64,000 bases of DNA, taken from Bugula neritina. Its lineage: Eukaryota; Animalia; Bryozoa. Position numbers and translations under genes: made by a program. Numbering within the stretch: position 1 is the first letter of the stretch; every line of letters begins with the position of its first letter. The DNA lies in NCBI GenBank assembly GCA_964035545.1, contig OZ037766.1:14808722-14872721 (forward strand), given 5' to 3'. The notes below the pieces were generated by a model. The model saw only the letters and a list, made by a program, of their open reading frames with translations. It ran no database searches and was not told the origin of the DNA. Positions 26,150-49,329 of this stretch are shown here, one piece after another.

Positions 26150-27313
26150 ATTTAATAACTTATAGTTTTACTTTAGTATTAACTTTAAGCTAAAGTTTAA
26201 GTATAAGTATAACTACTTGTAGTAGTAGTAGTATTAGTAGTATTAGTACTTAGAGTTAGTAGTAGTAGTCTAACTAATACTATAAGTATAGCAATAGCTC
26301 AATAAGTATAAGTGTTCATTTAAAGTTAATGATTTATCATTATCATATTTGCAATGACAATCATAAGAGTTTATAGCTGTTAAACTTAATGAGCTTAAAG
26401 TTAATGTTGTAATGATAATAAATTTAATATTTGTATTTAATTTTATATTGATGATCATAATTTATTAGACTTAATCCTAATGATAATCATAATGACATAC
26501 AATTAAATATTAATAGTAATATTAAGTGTAGAAAATTGACAATGACCATTACATTTACTGGCTCTTATTATAGTTATTGTTGCTTTTTTAAAATTTCAAT
26601 TACTATAACTTAAAGTTGGAGTGTGTGTTTGTGTGACTTCAAGTGAAAAATATTATTGTATGTACTTGTATTTTAGAATTATTTTTTAGACTCAATGAAG
26701 AATTGAGTGTAAAATAATTTCGCATGCATAATGTATAGTCATATCTTATATTCCAATCTCTATCAGAGTCCGCCATTTTTCTCGGTCTTCTGCATCCTCT
26801 GGTTTAAGGCCCCCAACTCTTTATGTCATCTATCGTGTCCATCCATCTTCGTTCTGTATAAAGTCATATGCAATATTTATATAGTAATGGCAGTATGTTT
26901 TTATATTTGCCAACAATAACATGTATTAACATTTTGATTTCTTGAAATTTAAGCTGCTCAAGAAAGTAATTATATGCTAGTGAAGTATAATTATTTATTC
27001 AATTTTTTTTCATAATATTATTTTTTATGAATAAATTAATTAGTCTTTCTTTGTCATAGCTCACTGTGATTAAAAATTGATTTTATGCTTATACGATTAT
27101 AGGCCTGAACATGCTAAATACCTATTTATATGTAGCTATACCCACCCAGTCACAAGCAGCATTTGGTCAGATAGTGGGTTTTTGTACAAGTTCCTATGTA
27201 GAATCTTTTGTGTTGATATTTTATTTAATTGCAGGGCTTTCTCATCTGCCACAAGAAGTCACTCAACTTTCAAAGGATGTTATAAACGCAAGAATATTAT
27301 AATTCATTTTAAA

Positions 27314-29219
27314 ATGTCCATGCTTTCACGCATTCCACTGATTTCGGTTCTTGGCTTTGGATTTGGTTGCTGCTTAGCGGTCATCATAGCTATTCTGTTT
27401 GTACCTGCCAATGACTTCTGGCCAAGCACTAATGAAAATAGATTGGTTTACCTGCAAGATCTCATTGTCAAATACCACTTCTCATATCTTGAAAGCCTTC
27501 AAATGTATAAATGGCATATGAATTCTAAAGTCAGAAATATATCATATGAAACAGAGATAGACTATCTTCAACGCAAAGTCAGGATACTATGCTACTGTAT
27601 AGAAGAAGAAGCTGATGATGAGACTCATGCCTCTCTCATGGTCACCACTTGGGGCATGCACTGTGATAAAACTATCATGTTCTACAGTAGTTCTAATCTC
27701 ATTAGTAAGATTCATCCCAGGTACATTCGTCAAGGAGTGTTGGACTTGGTCTATGTTGACTATACCAATTCCACAATGACTACTTTACTCGATATTTTAA
27801 AAAGTCACGTGCATAGTTATGAGTATTTTACCTACGTGCCTCCCTATGTGTTCCTGATACCAGATAATCTTAGATACTACTTGCTGTCGTCTAAAATAGA
27901 CCCAGACAGCATTGCGTTCTCGGGGAGACCAGATTTTGACAAGCTGTTTGGCTCGTGGTCGGTATCTGAAAGTAGCCCTTTAGCTATATCTAGAGGAGCT
28001 GTTGTCTTTGCTCTCAATTCTGATAACACAAAGTCTTTTTGTCACAGAGAAAGCATCCAAGGTAGATCCTTCATACTCTAAATGTAACTACTTGTGTAGA
28101 GATTCTTGCTTTGTGTAATATAGTTATGGAAACTGAGAAGCTTGCTGTAAACTGAATTATTATAGATGCTCTTTATTACACCTGATAAATGCAACATGAC
28201 TGTTGTAAGCAGGTCACTATTCTTTATTATTTTAAGTTAGTTTTGTTGTTAACTACGATTGCTATAAAACTGGTTTTTCAAAGCTTGATATATAATATAT
28301 GAGATTTTTGTAGGATTTTGCTAGGTTTCTCTAAGCTACTCTTATATTTAGGGATTTTCACTGTGATGGTCTAGTAAAGAGATCATGTTCATCACTTGTT
28401 TCCATGCTTACAGCGATAACAGTGACCATGCTTTACACCACTATTCACAAGTGGTGCTTTCCTGAGTCAAATTTTAGAGAAATAGAGTTGCATGGTTCAA
28501 AACAATCAACCAGTAGAAAAATGAATGTATTGAAGACAAACTGCTTGAAGAAGCTGCTAGAGTTGGTGATTGTATTTCCCCACACCTCACATGTTTAGTA
28601 TAATTAAAGAAGCTAGATCTGTATATTTCAGACAATTCATCTTGTCTTTAAGTTATAATTGTGATTAATGTGAAAAAATATGTATAATTTTTAGATCCCA
28701 GCTGTCTGGTAAGTCTAACCAAGGGTCAGATACTAGACCTTCGTGATGCTGAAGGTCGCCGAGTTATCATTAAGATAAATTATGGCAACTTTTGGAGAAG
28801 ACGTGCAAGTGGTGATGTGGATAAAAGGTATATATAATTTCAAATTCGAAGTTTCCTACCATTTAATACACATTCTTGGGCAGTTGGTATGGCCACTGTC
28901 ATTATATTAAACTGTTAGTCAGAGCTAATGTTATTAGCTAGAATGCTTCAGTATAATATTGTAGATTGAATTGAGTGTGTTAAGCTATGAATGTTTATCG
29001 GCCTTGTTGCATTGGTTATTATATTAAATGTTAGAGTAAGGAATATTGCACATATTTTATGTTTGTAGTGTAGATGTTCCTTTTCCGGTCAGTCTACATA
29101 TTGGGGGTAGTTACAAACACCTCATGAACTTGGAGTACTATGTACATCATTTAAAAGCGTATGGGCATCAATCTATTATTGGTGGGTATACAAGAGAACT
29201 GAGGAACAAAACCAAATGA
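27314..29219 (+). CDS. GT31 C1GALT1/Cosmc-like type II membrane protein (~343 aa, 3 coding exons), DxD motif absent
   Basis: Exons 27314-28061, 28695-28827, 29069-29219. N-terminal TM; KVRILC, TTWGMHCDK, DNLRYYLL, DLRDAEGR and LEYYVHHLKAYG match the C1GALT1 family. Confidence 0.82.
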
Positions 29220-30290
29220 ACTGTTGGGTTTGTTTCTACAAAAAGGTTAGAAAGAACAATGTCATTTTGTTATCTAAACACCAAAATCTCTATTTACAAC
29301 AATTTCTTTAACCAATTGCATTGTGCAAGATATACATTTTTGTTGTGCACTGTAGCCTACAGGGTTTTAAAGTGCAGATTTTCTACAATTTTATTTTTTT
29401 ACTTTTCTTATTGAACTTGTGAGATGAACACTAGACACTGGTATTTTAAAGTTTAAAAATTTCAAAGTGATATATTTTGTATAGAAACAATTTTCTTGCC
29501 AATTATTTATATTTACTCCTTGAAAACAGTTGCTTTACCTTTTATACAACAGCTATGTAAATTTTACCATGTTATGCAATATTAGTCACGTAGAATTCCA
29601 CTATAGATGTATTTATGCTAGGTAAGATTAAATGCATAATATATAATACTAGTCATAATAAATATGATATATTTACTATTCATTACTTTGTAATATCTAC
29701 TACATTATATTACAGGAAACTATTTTCATTTATTCGGATTGTTCAGATTCATTATTAAAATAATATTAGCTTGAATTGTAGTGATTATTTGCTGTCACTT
29801 ACAAAGTGAACAATATAGAATATGTTTGGTAATATAGAATTTTCTTAATGTTATTGACGTATCAAAATAATTTAATTAAACTTTCTTTGGCCAGTTGCGC
29901 TATTTTAAAAGATCACACAAAACAAAACATGATAAAATTGTTTTCTTTTCTGTATTTTTATAAAAGAAAACTAGCTGGGTTAGGTTACAATATGCTAAAA
30001 ATAAACATTACTGAGTTATTAAGGTGGGTTCAAACCCAACTGGTGGCCTGTGTTCTCACTATAAAGTGGCCAAATTATTATAAAATTATAACTAGATAAT
30101 GAATTGAGTAAACGGGAAACAAGCTAGGTTACATGTAGTTCTAACATTGCTTGTAAAGTAATAAAATAAATATATACAATTGCTAAAATAATTTGTATGC
30201 AGAAATGCAACTCCACTCACTAAATAATTACAAACAATTTCACTCAGAACATAAGAGAAATCAAATGCACATCCATTGCAGAAAGTAAAA

Positions 30291-32342
<2,052 letters not shown>

Positions 32343-32949
32343 TTCAATTGATGAGTTAGAAACCCTGAAATAATTATATAATCATAGTACCGTATGATTA
32401 TAATGTTGCAGGAGTTCACATTAGTATTGAGGTCTACAACTTAAAAAGCTTCCAGTGTCAGCCAAGTAATTAAAACAAAATAATAAATTAAATACACTAC
32501 TAAATTGTACCCTTTGCTACTACCAGCTTTACACACTAAATATATTCAAGTAATAACTCAAAAAAGACAGAGTTAAAATAAAACTAGCAGTGAGTTACAA
32601 AAATAATTCAAGAAATAATACTGATAACATTAAACATTGTATATAGGTTTGAATTAAGTGCAACTCTATTTATAAATCTAAAAAGTAATGGTCATAATCA
32701 CATTTTGGTTACTGACATTGAAAGTGGTAGGCTACTGATATCCAAAAATTAAGTAACAAATGGATTAACTGCAAGAGCATCACTATCAGTAGATATGTCA
32801 ATTTTAGTAGTGCTTAAGACTTAAAATGAACAATTATTTCACTGAAAGTTAACCTTAAATCACAATCTCTAAACCTCAAAAAATTGAGTCAATGATTAAC
32901 GCTTAGTCATTATGGATCATGGTATTGACAAAATCATATGACTTGACTA

Positions 32950-34290
32950 TAATAATCATAATTACAATGATCAGCTATTACTATACCTATTACAATACTA
33001 TTTTAGAATAAGTATTAGTCTTAGATGAACTACATGTATTATTTATTTGTTATTACCTATTAGTATTGCTATTACTCACTTACACTTACAGTAAATGCAT
33101 TAGTAATACTTATACTATTAGTATTACTATTACAATGAAAATAATTAATTAACTATAATCAATAAGTACAGACTTAGTGATACTCTTGGTAAACTTAGAG
33201 CATTATTAGTACTACTAGCATTACATTTATCATTAGACTTGGTGTAATTTTTACTTATAGTTATACTTATAAGTTATAATGATAATCACACTGTTACTGT
33301 TAGTGGTACAACTTATTTATAGTATTAGTTATGCAATAAAACTAAAAGTTAAAAATTATGATTTATACTTTTAGCTATACTAATACTTATACTTACAGTA
33401 ATATTGAATTGACACTAGCTTTAGATCTAATACTACTACTAGTACTACCACTACCACTACTACTAGTATTCTATAGTTGACTAACAATAATACTTATACT
33501 AACACTTAATACTAATACAGTAAATGAGTAATAGTAATAAATAAGAAATAACAGTAATAGTAATACTAATACTAATAGTAATAGTAATACTAATACTAAT
33601 AGTAATAGTAATACTAATATTAATAGTAATAGATTTAGTAATACTTAAAGTTATACTTATAGTTAATGTTATCGACATAGTTAATGTTATTGTTATACTT
33701 CATTCAAATTGAGTCATTGAGTTTGACCAATACTAATAGTAATAGTATACACTATACTATACTATACTACTATTACTATTAGTAATAATAATACTAATAG
33801 TAATACTAATACGGTAACTCGGTAATTCAGTGACAGTTGACAGTTACTGTTAGCCCTTAGTCAGTAAATTAGTGTCCGTGTTGCACTTACAGTTATTTAT
33901 ACTTATACTTATAGTTATACTGTTCGTAAGACTGAGAGTAAGAGTAACTGTAAGTGCAACACTAACACTAACAGTAACTCAAACTGTAAGTGTAAGTGGA
34001 AGTCAAAGTGTAACACTAACAGTAACAGTAACTGAGACTGAGAGTAACTTAAACTCAACCCAACTGGAAGTAAGACTAAGAGTAAGTCAGTAAGTAGAAG
34101 TGTAACTCTAAGACTAAGTTACCCTAAGCCGTAAGAGTAAGACTAGGAGTAGGAGTAAGACTCATACTAAGAGTAAGACAGTATGCGTAACTGTAAGACT
34201 AAGACTACTATAGTACTAACTACTAAGACTAAGACTAAGAGTAAAAGTAAGACTTAGACTAAGTAATAGTAAGAGACTAAGCCTTGGCCA
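32950..34290. repeat. Degenerate 3/6-periodic low-complexity tract (AGT/AAT/ACT; AGTAAG/ACTAAC) in the Aurora 5' intron
   Basis: Direct reading. Confidence 0.8.
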
Positions 34291-35417
34291 AGGCTAAGTC
34301 GTAAATTTATGACCATGAGGTTTTCCAAGTAAAAATCTTCAACAATATCTACTTACTACTTATCAGTGGAGCTGTTTTGAGCTACAGGTTTGGAGTAGCA
34401 CTTGGAGTGTGTTGATGTTGTGACCAAAAATTGTAAAAATGCCCAGTGATTCGTAACTGAAAAAGTTGAAAAACTCGCGGCAAAACAGATATTTATTGGA
34501 GACGTTGTTGTTACTGCCTATTTTCCTCCTTTATTCACAATATCGTTTAACCGAATCAGTAACGAAGAAAAGGCTATTTTAAGAATACCCTTCAAAGGGC
34601 TTAGTAAGTGCAAAGTATAAACTGTCATGAATCATGATGCCAATAAATGTTGAATATATGCATATTAGCTAATAACTAGTAAGTCTGACCATCTAAACAG
34701 CTTAATTATATTTTTTACATGTTATTATATATGTATATGTTACTATTTTTAAATTTGTTAGTTCAAATTCACCACTATAATATAGGTATAGTTACTGTGA
34801 CTATTAGGAGTTGGCTAGAAAAGATATTTTAACTTGTTAGCTAGTTTCAATTTTTTTAATAAAAACAGCAAATTTAAAAGAGAAAATCAAAGCAACAGTT
34901 CATCAGATTACAAAAAGGAAAAAAACTAAACTATCCATGCACTCTTGAAACTATAAGCATGTTATATAACAAGAATCAGAAAAAAACAGTTTAATCATGA
35001 AGGTAGCTTCGTGATGATGCAAAGATTCATATTGACAAAACCCTAGACAAATAAGCCTTTGTTTTAAGTAAATTACATAAGCTATCTTGAAGCTGTAACC
35101 TGCATAATGTGCCTAACTATACTGATTGCAATAATTCACCCTTTACTTGCGTTACCAATCAGTATTTAAGTTAGGTAACATCAAGCTATAAAAACTTAGT
35201 TTAATTAAAAATATTTTGCAATAATAAAATAGCTACAGAAAATGACACCTTTTGAGTACAAAAGTAAACAAAGTTGAAACTTAAGTAGCTTGAAAAATGA
35301 CACCTCATAGCTTATATTTATCTAATTTCTAATTACAAAATATGTAGTGCCAACCTGAAAGCTGCAAGACTCAATATTATAACAGTCTGTAATAATTTTG
35401 AGAGTTGTGTCTCTTTC

Positions 35418-35457
<40 letters not shown>

Positions 35458-35459
<2 letters not shown>

Positions 35460-35730
35460 ATCTGTGGACAGCAGCTGTTTCGGGATTTGTCCCCTCATCA
35501 GCACAGAACAGAGTACCATGGCCCACACCTTCATAATAGTAAAACTTATAGTTTTACTAAAGCATATTTAAAAGGTGTGTAAACTTAAGCCAGAGTGCTC
35601 AAGTGACTCTAGGGGTCACCTAAGAGTCACGAGCATTGCAAAATGCTAGCAGCTTGAGTTTGTGACCATGGTGAGAGTGCTCAATCATTTAATGTCATTG
35701 CTGAGCATTAAATGAGAGCGTAATATCGTA
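35458..35730 (-). mobile_element. Hammerhead-bearing short retroelement (retrozyme / Penelope-like terminal repeat), longer copy
   Basis: ~273 bp bracketed by (TA)n tracts (35422-35457, 35731-35746). Has three internal hairpins and a terminal hammerhead; near-identical to 44527-44619. Confidence 0.8.
35461..35507 (-). ncRNA. Type I hammerhead ribozyme
   Basis: Minus strand reads UCUGUG-CUGAUGA-GGGG ACAAA UCCC-GAA-ACAG CUG CUGU-C-CACAGA: all core nucleotides, stems I-III and a GUC cleavage triplet. Confidence 0.9.
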
Positions 35731-38465
35731 ATATATATATATATATGCAACGCACTTGGGGAGTCTAAACTAGCTGGTGTATCCTTAGATAACATCAAGG
35801 ATGTAGAGTAACATCATGTTATATTTTTATCATAAATGCTGCTAGAAATAGCCTTGGGCTGCTATACTTGAGAACTACATTTTGTTGGCAACTCTCACTG
35901 CTGTTTTGTATCAAAATAAATTCAAAAAGCTTACATTCTGCCTGAATGTTATTGCAGAGAAGCCATTTTTCATGATACAACTTGCATGCTACTCTAAATT
36001 TTCTATAGAAAACTGAAAAGCTTAGACTACTGAAGCTTGTCCATTGTGGCTTGTTAAAATTGCTGCTGTTGACTTCTCACTATAGACAAAGGCTTTCATG
36101 TTTTGTGATCATTTAAGTTTTAATATACTTGCAATAGAGGCTTTAAAACAGTTTGGTTCATCATTTTACTACTGGTTAAGCAATTGTTCTCTTGCAATCT
36201 ATAATGTGTTTTTAAAGTGGTCCTGCCACCTGTATTGAAGGTTAGCACTGCTACTGTGGTAAAAGTCTTGTTAGTTGTTGTGACCATCCCTTCTCTAAAA
36301 TTGTCAATATCAACATTCTCAACCCGTGACTGGACATGATTATGGCAGCTGAGCAAAAAAAGTTTTTTTTCAGAAATTGCAAAATTTTGACAAAACTCTT
36401 TATAACCATGCAGCAGGAACATCTGGGTCAGTGAATTGAGCCAGGCAATTTTTATGCATTTTTAAGTAGCATTCTGCGTTACATCTTACATGATGTACTC
36501 AAAGCAGGGTGACCCAATTACACAGCCACGGTTGTAAATTTATAAGATTTAAAGCTAGTGTTACAAGTTAAAACTGAACACCCAAATATCAACCTGAGTG
36601 CCACTTGAAGTCTTTCAGTTTCACTCCAATGCTTCCTGATTAACAAAACATTGGCAAATGCAAAACATTTCTTGATAGTATAATAAAATAATACTCTTCA
36701 CAAAAGCTCAATTATGCCTGCTCAGATATGTAAATAGGGCAATGTAACATGGCCACATGCAATACATCAGCAAACTAGCTCACAAAATCTCAGCAACCAT
36801 AATGGATGATTCATAATCATTAGCTGTGCTGCTGTTACAGAATATTTGTAACTATGCTGCAATATTTTTACAAAATACAAGTTTTCGCTGTCTCTATTAT
36901 CTTGTTCAACAGTAAACTATACAGTATACGTAACAGGGAGCTCTACCTGTATAAGTAGTTTCAAGATTATTAATCAATAATTCTGTACAACATCTGCAAT
37001 TACTCACCTGTTTCTAATTACTAAGCTGTAGTATAAACAGCATACTTGTAGTAGGTTCTGTGCCTAGATATACAGTTACGAGTAGTCTATGCCTGCCAAT
37101 AAAGCTCTAGCTAGCTCACTAAAACTGGCAGCCTAGCTACATACTTGATACTAGTTGCAGTGAATCATTACCGTTCGGTCAGTTATAAGCTTGCTGCTGG
37201 CGTAGTGCTTACTTTCTACTGTGCAGACGACTTTCATGTAAATCTGGTTAGTAGATTTTTGCACTATAAATAGTGACAACTTTAGTCCTGTACTACCAGA
37301 AGAACCTGAGGGATATAGTCACTTTACCCAAGTTAGAGTTGACTTGTCACTTGTTCTAGGTGAGTCATTGTTAAATATATAACATGACAACTTCTTCGAA
37401 ATGAAACTCAAGGTACATTTTATGGCCAGAATTACAGCTTTTAAAGCATTTAAACATCTTAAAATTGCTTTAACCTTGCGTTCAGCCAATAAGTTTAAAC
37501 TCTAAGCTGAAAATGTTTGCATTCAAAAATTTGATCTCTAAATGATGGTTGTTATTTCAACAGCTTGTGAGCCCCTTCACCACCAGGTTTGTGATTTGTT
37601 GTTGTAATTTGTTATTCAGGTTGTACATATATTTATATTTATTACCACTGATTACTAGCAGCACTCAGCTATAGAACAGCATAGCTAGCCACTAGCTGCT
37701 ACCTTGATTGTTAATTTACACATTAATAGTGTAGTTGCTGATCTCTTTCTAAAGTTCAATTATTATTAGAAATCAATGTGTAAGAAGCAATAAACATAGT
37801 TAGTGCAAATGATAGTTTATACTCTATACTCTATATTAACAGTGTTACCGTCTCGTAGTCAGTAGATAGACATATTATAAGTAATAAGATCATAATTATA
37901 CAGAGTAGTAAGCCAGTATTTTACAAGCTGGATGATTGCAATCTAGAATGCAGCATAGAATATAAACAAACTCTAAAGACTAAATAATAGCATAGTTGAG
38001 ACAACCCCCTCCCAGCAACTGCTAAATAGGCTGCAAATCTGAAAGAACTTTAGTTGATTTACCTTCAGGCAGAACCAGTATAATGGAATATATTATTTTC
38101 AACTCAAAGTTTTAGAAGAAATAATCTAATATACATATATAACTATGAATAAGGTGAGACTTCAAGACTAGTTTAGTTTTAGTTTTGCAAATACCACTTA
38201 TATCTACATGTAAGTGTTAATTTCATGACAAAGCTATCAAATTATGAGAGTAGTTGCTTTACATTGCAGATTGTGAGAAATTTATCTTAGAGTAAAAATC
38301 GATTCTGCTGATAGTGCATCAGAAAAGTAAGTTACATGATGTGTGGGCACTAAGTATCTGATATGAACACACTCTGTGCAAGGTTTAATGATACCATGAT
38401 ACTTTTTATGAACATTTTGTTTTCCTAAAATGGAGTTTATATACATTGCGTTGGTTATGATAAAT

Positions 38466-38512
38466 CTGCAAGCTAGTATGGGTCTTGCTGCAAGACCCAT
38501 ACTAGCTTGCAG
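38466..38512. repeat. Perfect palindrome, 23-bp arms, 1-nt spacer
   Basis: CTGCAAGCTAGTATGGGTCTTGC-T-GCAAGACCCATACTAGCTTGCAG. Confidence 0.93.
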
Positions 38513-39283
38513 TGTGGGAACATTTCAATAAAATATAGTTATCTAGTTAAAGAAAGTTGATTTGTTAAAAAAATTATAACATTATAACATTCTAACAGTA
38601 ACATTCAGTAGCACCTTGCTATCTTTATTTATATATATCAGCCTCTGGCAGTATAGTTATCAGCTTATAATATACCCTAGTACACTCAGCAATTCTACAT
38701 CAAGTATGCTAATGAACATAATATTATTATACTCTCAGGCAATCAACACCTACAACAGCACTTTTTGGTACTGCTACCATTATGGTTCTAACTGCTGCAA
38801 ATCTGCAAATGTGCAAACGACTGTTAGAATAGTGAACTTTCTTAAGCTGCCAAAACTATTTTGGCTGGAGCTTCTGCTGACTTCTAATGAACATGGAATC
38901 TGCTAAGTTTACATAGTAGCAGTTTTATTATACTAATTAGAGAGGCATATGCTCATTAGGCTGTTGTATTTTGGAATGACTAATAATATGTCTAGACGAG
39001 ACACGACTCATTACCTCTCACATTCTGGCCCAGTATCCTGTGAGTCAGCAAAACACCAACAGTTGTCAAAATATGGCCTACCCCTGTGTACACTCTCTAA
39101 CATTGACTACAGCTTGTACCTGAGGCTTGGTATTATTCGAAATGGAAGTTAACACATTATATAAATATATAAACATGAAAATTGTATTTCTTGATCCTTA
39201 ATATGCTGAAATTGATGACTATTTTTTTAACAAATCAACTTTTTTTAACTAGATAACTATATTTTATTGAAATGTTCCCACAC
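38512..39283. mobile_element. Foldback/MITE-like segment with ~62-bp inverted ends
   Basis: GTGTGGGAACATTTCAATAAAATATAGTTATCTAGTTAAAGAAAGTTGATTTGTTAAAAAAA (38512-~38573) is inverted at ~39222-39283. No clear TSD. Confidence 0.65.
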
Positions 39284-39649
39284 GAGAGCTGGTTCCCTGA
39301 TTCACCTCTACTAGCACGTGTATAGGTCATTCATGCAGCAATTCTGTATAAATAATATAAATACTGAGGAGCATTATACTGCCTTTGTTTGTTAATGACT
39401 GGTTTGCATTGTGTAGAATCACATATCATTGATTAGCACAATTGAGGTATGTGTATGAGCCTACAGAATCATTCAAGGTGGGGCTATTTGTATTGTAGAG
39501 CCGCGTTCACTATTAACTCTCAATATCACTCCCTGTACAGTCATTGCTTACCGGTTCAGAATTCACTGAGGTTAGCTGAAGGAAGGAAAGACTTCTGGAA
39601 CACATTGGAATTTGGATTTGCTCTTCAAAGATAACTCTAAGCTGAAAGA

Positions 39650-47633
<7,984 letters not shown>

Positions 47634-48152
47634 AAATAAAAACATGGCATTCCCATAAACTTATTTCAACTTTTAACACAGCTAAAGATGCAGAGCTACA
47701 TACATTAGCCTTGTTTGATACTCAATACATACTTACATACAGAATAGTACCATTAATTAAATATAAATAGTAATTCAAATGGCTGTTTAGCTTCTACTAT
47801 TTTTTAGTGTTGTAGATGGTTTTGAAAAATTAAGGGATAATTTTTCAGTTTAACTTTAATATTGGTATTAGGTTTAAGCTTCATTTACCATATACTATTC
47901 TATGCAATTTATATTATATAATTATTTAAAGTTATTTAGGTCATGATACTTTGTTGTTAATCACAATCAAGAATACACAATTGGTTTCATGATAAAATAG
48001 TTTTGCACATTTTTATTTGTTTTCTAAATAAATTACATGATATAAATTACAAAATGTATTTTCTGTAGAAGCAATAAGTTTATAATGCATAAAATAAATT
48101 TATCTCCAGTATAAGATATATGTCTAACAGTTGAACCATTTGTAGCAAGGCC

Positions 48153-49329
48153 TCAGTACAGGAAATACTTAACAGTGATAAACATGATAATACAGGTGAG
48201 TATCATTCCACCGTAAAGTATAAACTTGTCCTGGTAAGTTCGCCTTTCAATAAGTCTCATGACTGTGTTGGTTAGTCCTAGGGTGTTCATGAGATCTAGA
48301 ACCTTCTTATGAGCAGACTTTAAAGTTGACCTTTGCTCTCTCAAATTATCAAGAATACCTTGTCCTGAACCGATAAGATCATCCATTTGGCGAGATGAGT
48401 TGTGTAAACTATTGTTGTGCTGGAGTGCATGGTCAATCATTATAGAGGTATCGGCACTGTTAGGCCTAAATGTAGTTTTTAACAGTTCAGCACGATCTCG
48501 CTCTTGTTGCTCTTGCTGAAACCTAAAATATCGGTAACGGTTACTGCTTGGTATCTCAAATGCATTGATTGATAGTGACTAAAAGAGTTTACTTTCATGC
48601 AAAAAATATTCCTACAATTATATGATTTGTGCCTAATTGACACGGATTCCCCAAGTTGTGATAATTCTAGTTATAGAAAGTAAAAAAATATTGCATTTGA
48701 AAAAAAAAAATTGTATTATTATAAAAGTCAAAAATTGCAGCCTCTAAACTTTCAAAGCTGACATAGATCTTACGCCAAAGAAAGGAATACCTTAACTTTG
48801 GTAAACATATATGCTAAGTCCAGCAATAACACGCTTCCATTTGAATTTTTCCCTCATGAGACAAAATAAATCAGAGTACATAATCTACAATACTAGATCG
48901 ATATTATTTTTTGTTGAAGGCAAGTTAACCTAAACCATTACCTTTTTAAACTGGAGAATTTCAAAAATTCTTAGTTTATATTTGCTGTTACAAAAAATAA
49001 GATTAGCTGAAATATAAAACAAAATACTATTAGTCATGATATAGAATTATCAAGTACCTTCTTTGCTGTATAGATTGCAAGGCCTGCTGCAAATGCTTAC
49101 AGTCGTACTTCATTTTGTCCACATGTAGCTTAGCCTCTTCTCTTTTATTGGGAGGCTCCTTTTTGACCAAATGATCCAGCCTCTCACAGTTGTCAAGGAC
49201 TGTATTTAATTGTTTTTGTATATTTTTTTCAACTGCCTCATACTCTTCTGTAGCAACTCTTTCTGCATAAACTAATCCATTAGTGATTTCATGCAGCAGC
49301 ACCTTTGTTTGCTTTCCTAAACTATCCAT
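48153..49329 (-). CDS. GOSR2: Golgi SNAP receptor complex member 2 (membrin), 213 aa, 2 coding exons
   Basis: Exons 49058-49329 and 48153-48522 total 642 nt. CERLDHLVKKEPP, KYDCKHLQ, LMNTLGLTNTVMRLIERR..DKFI and a C-terminal TM. Confidence 0.93.
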
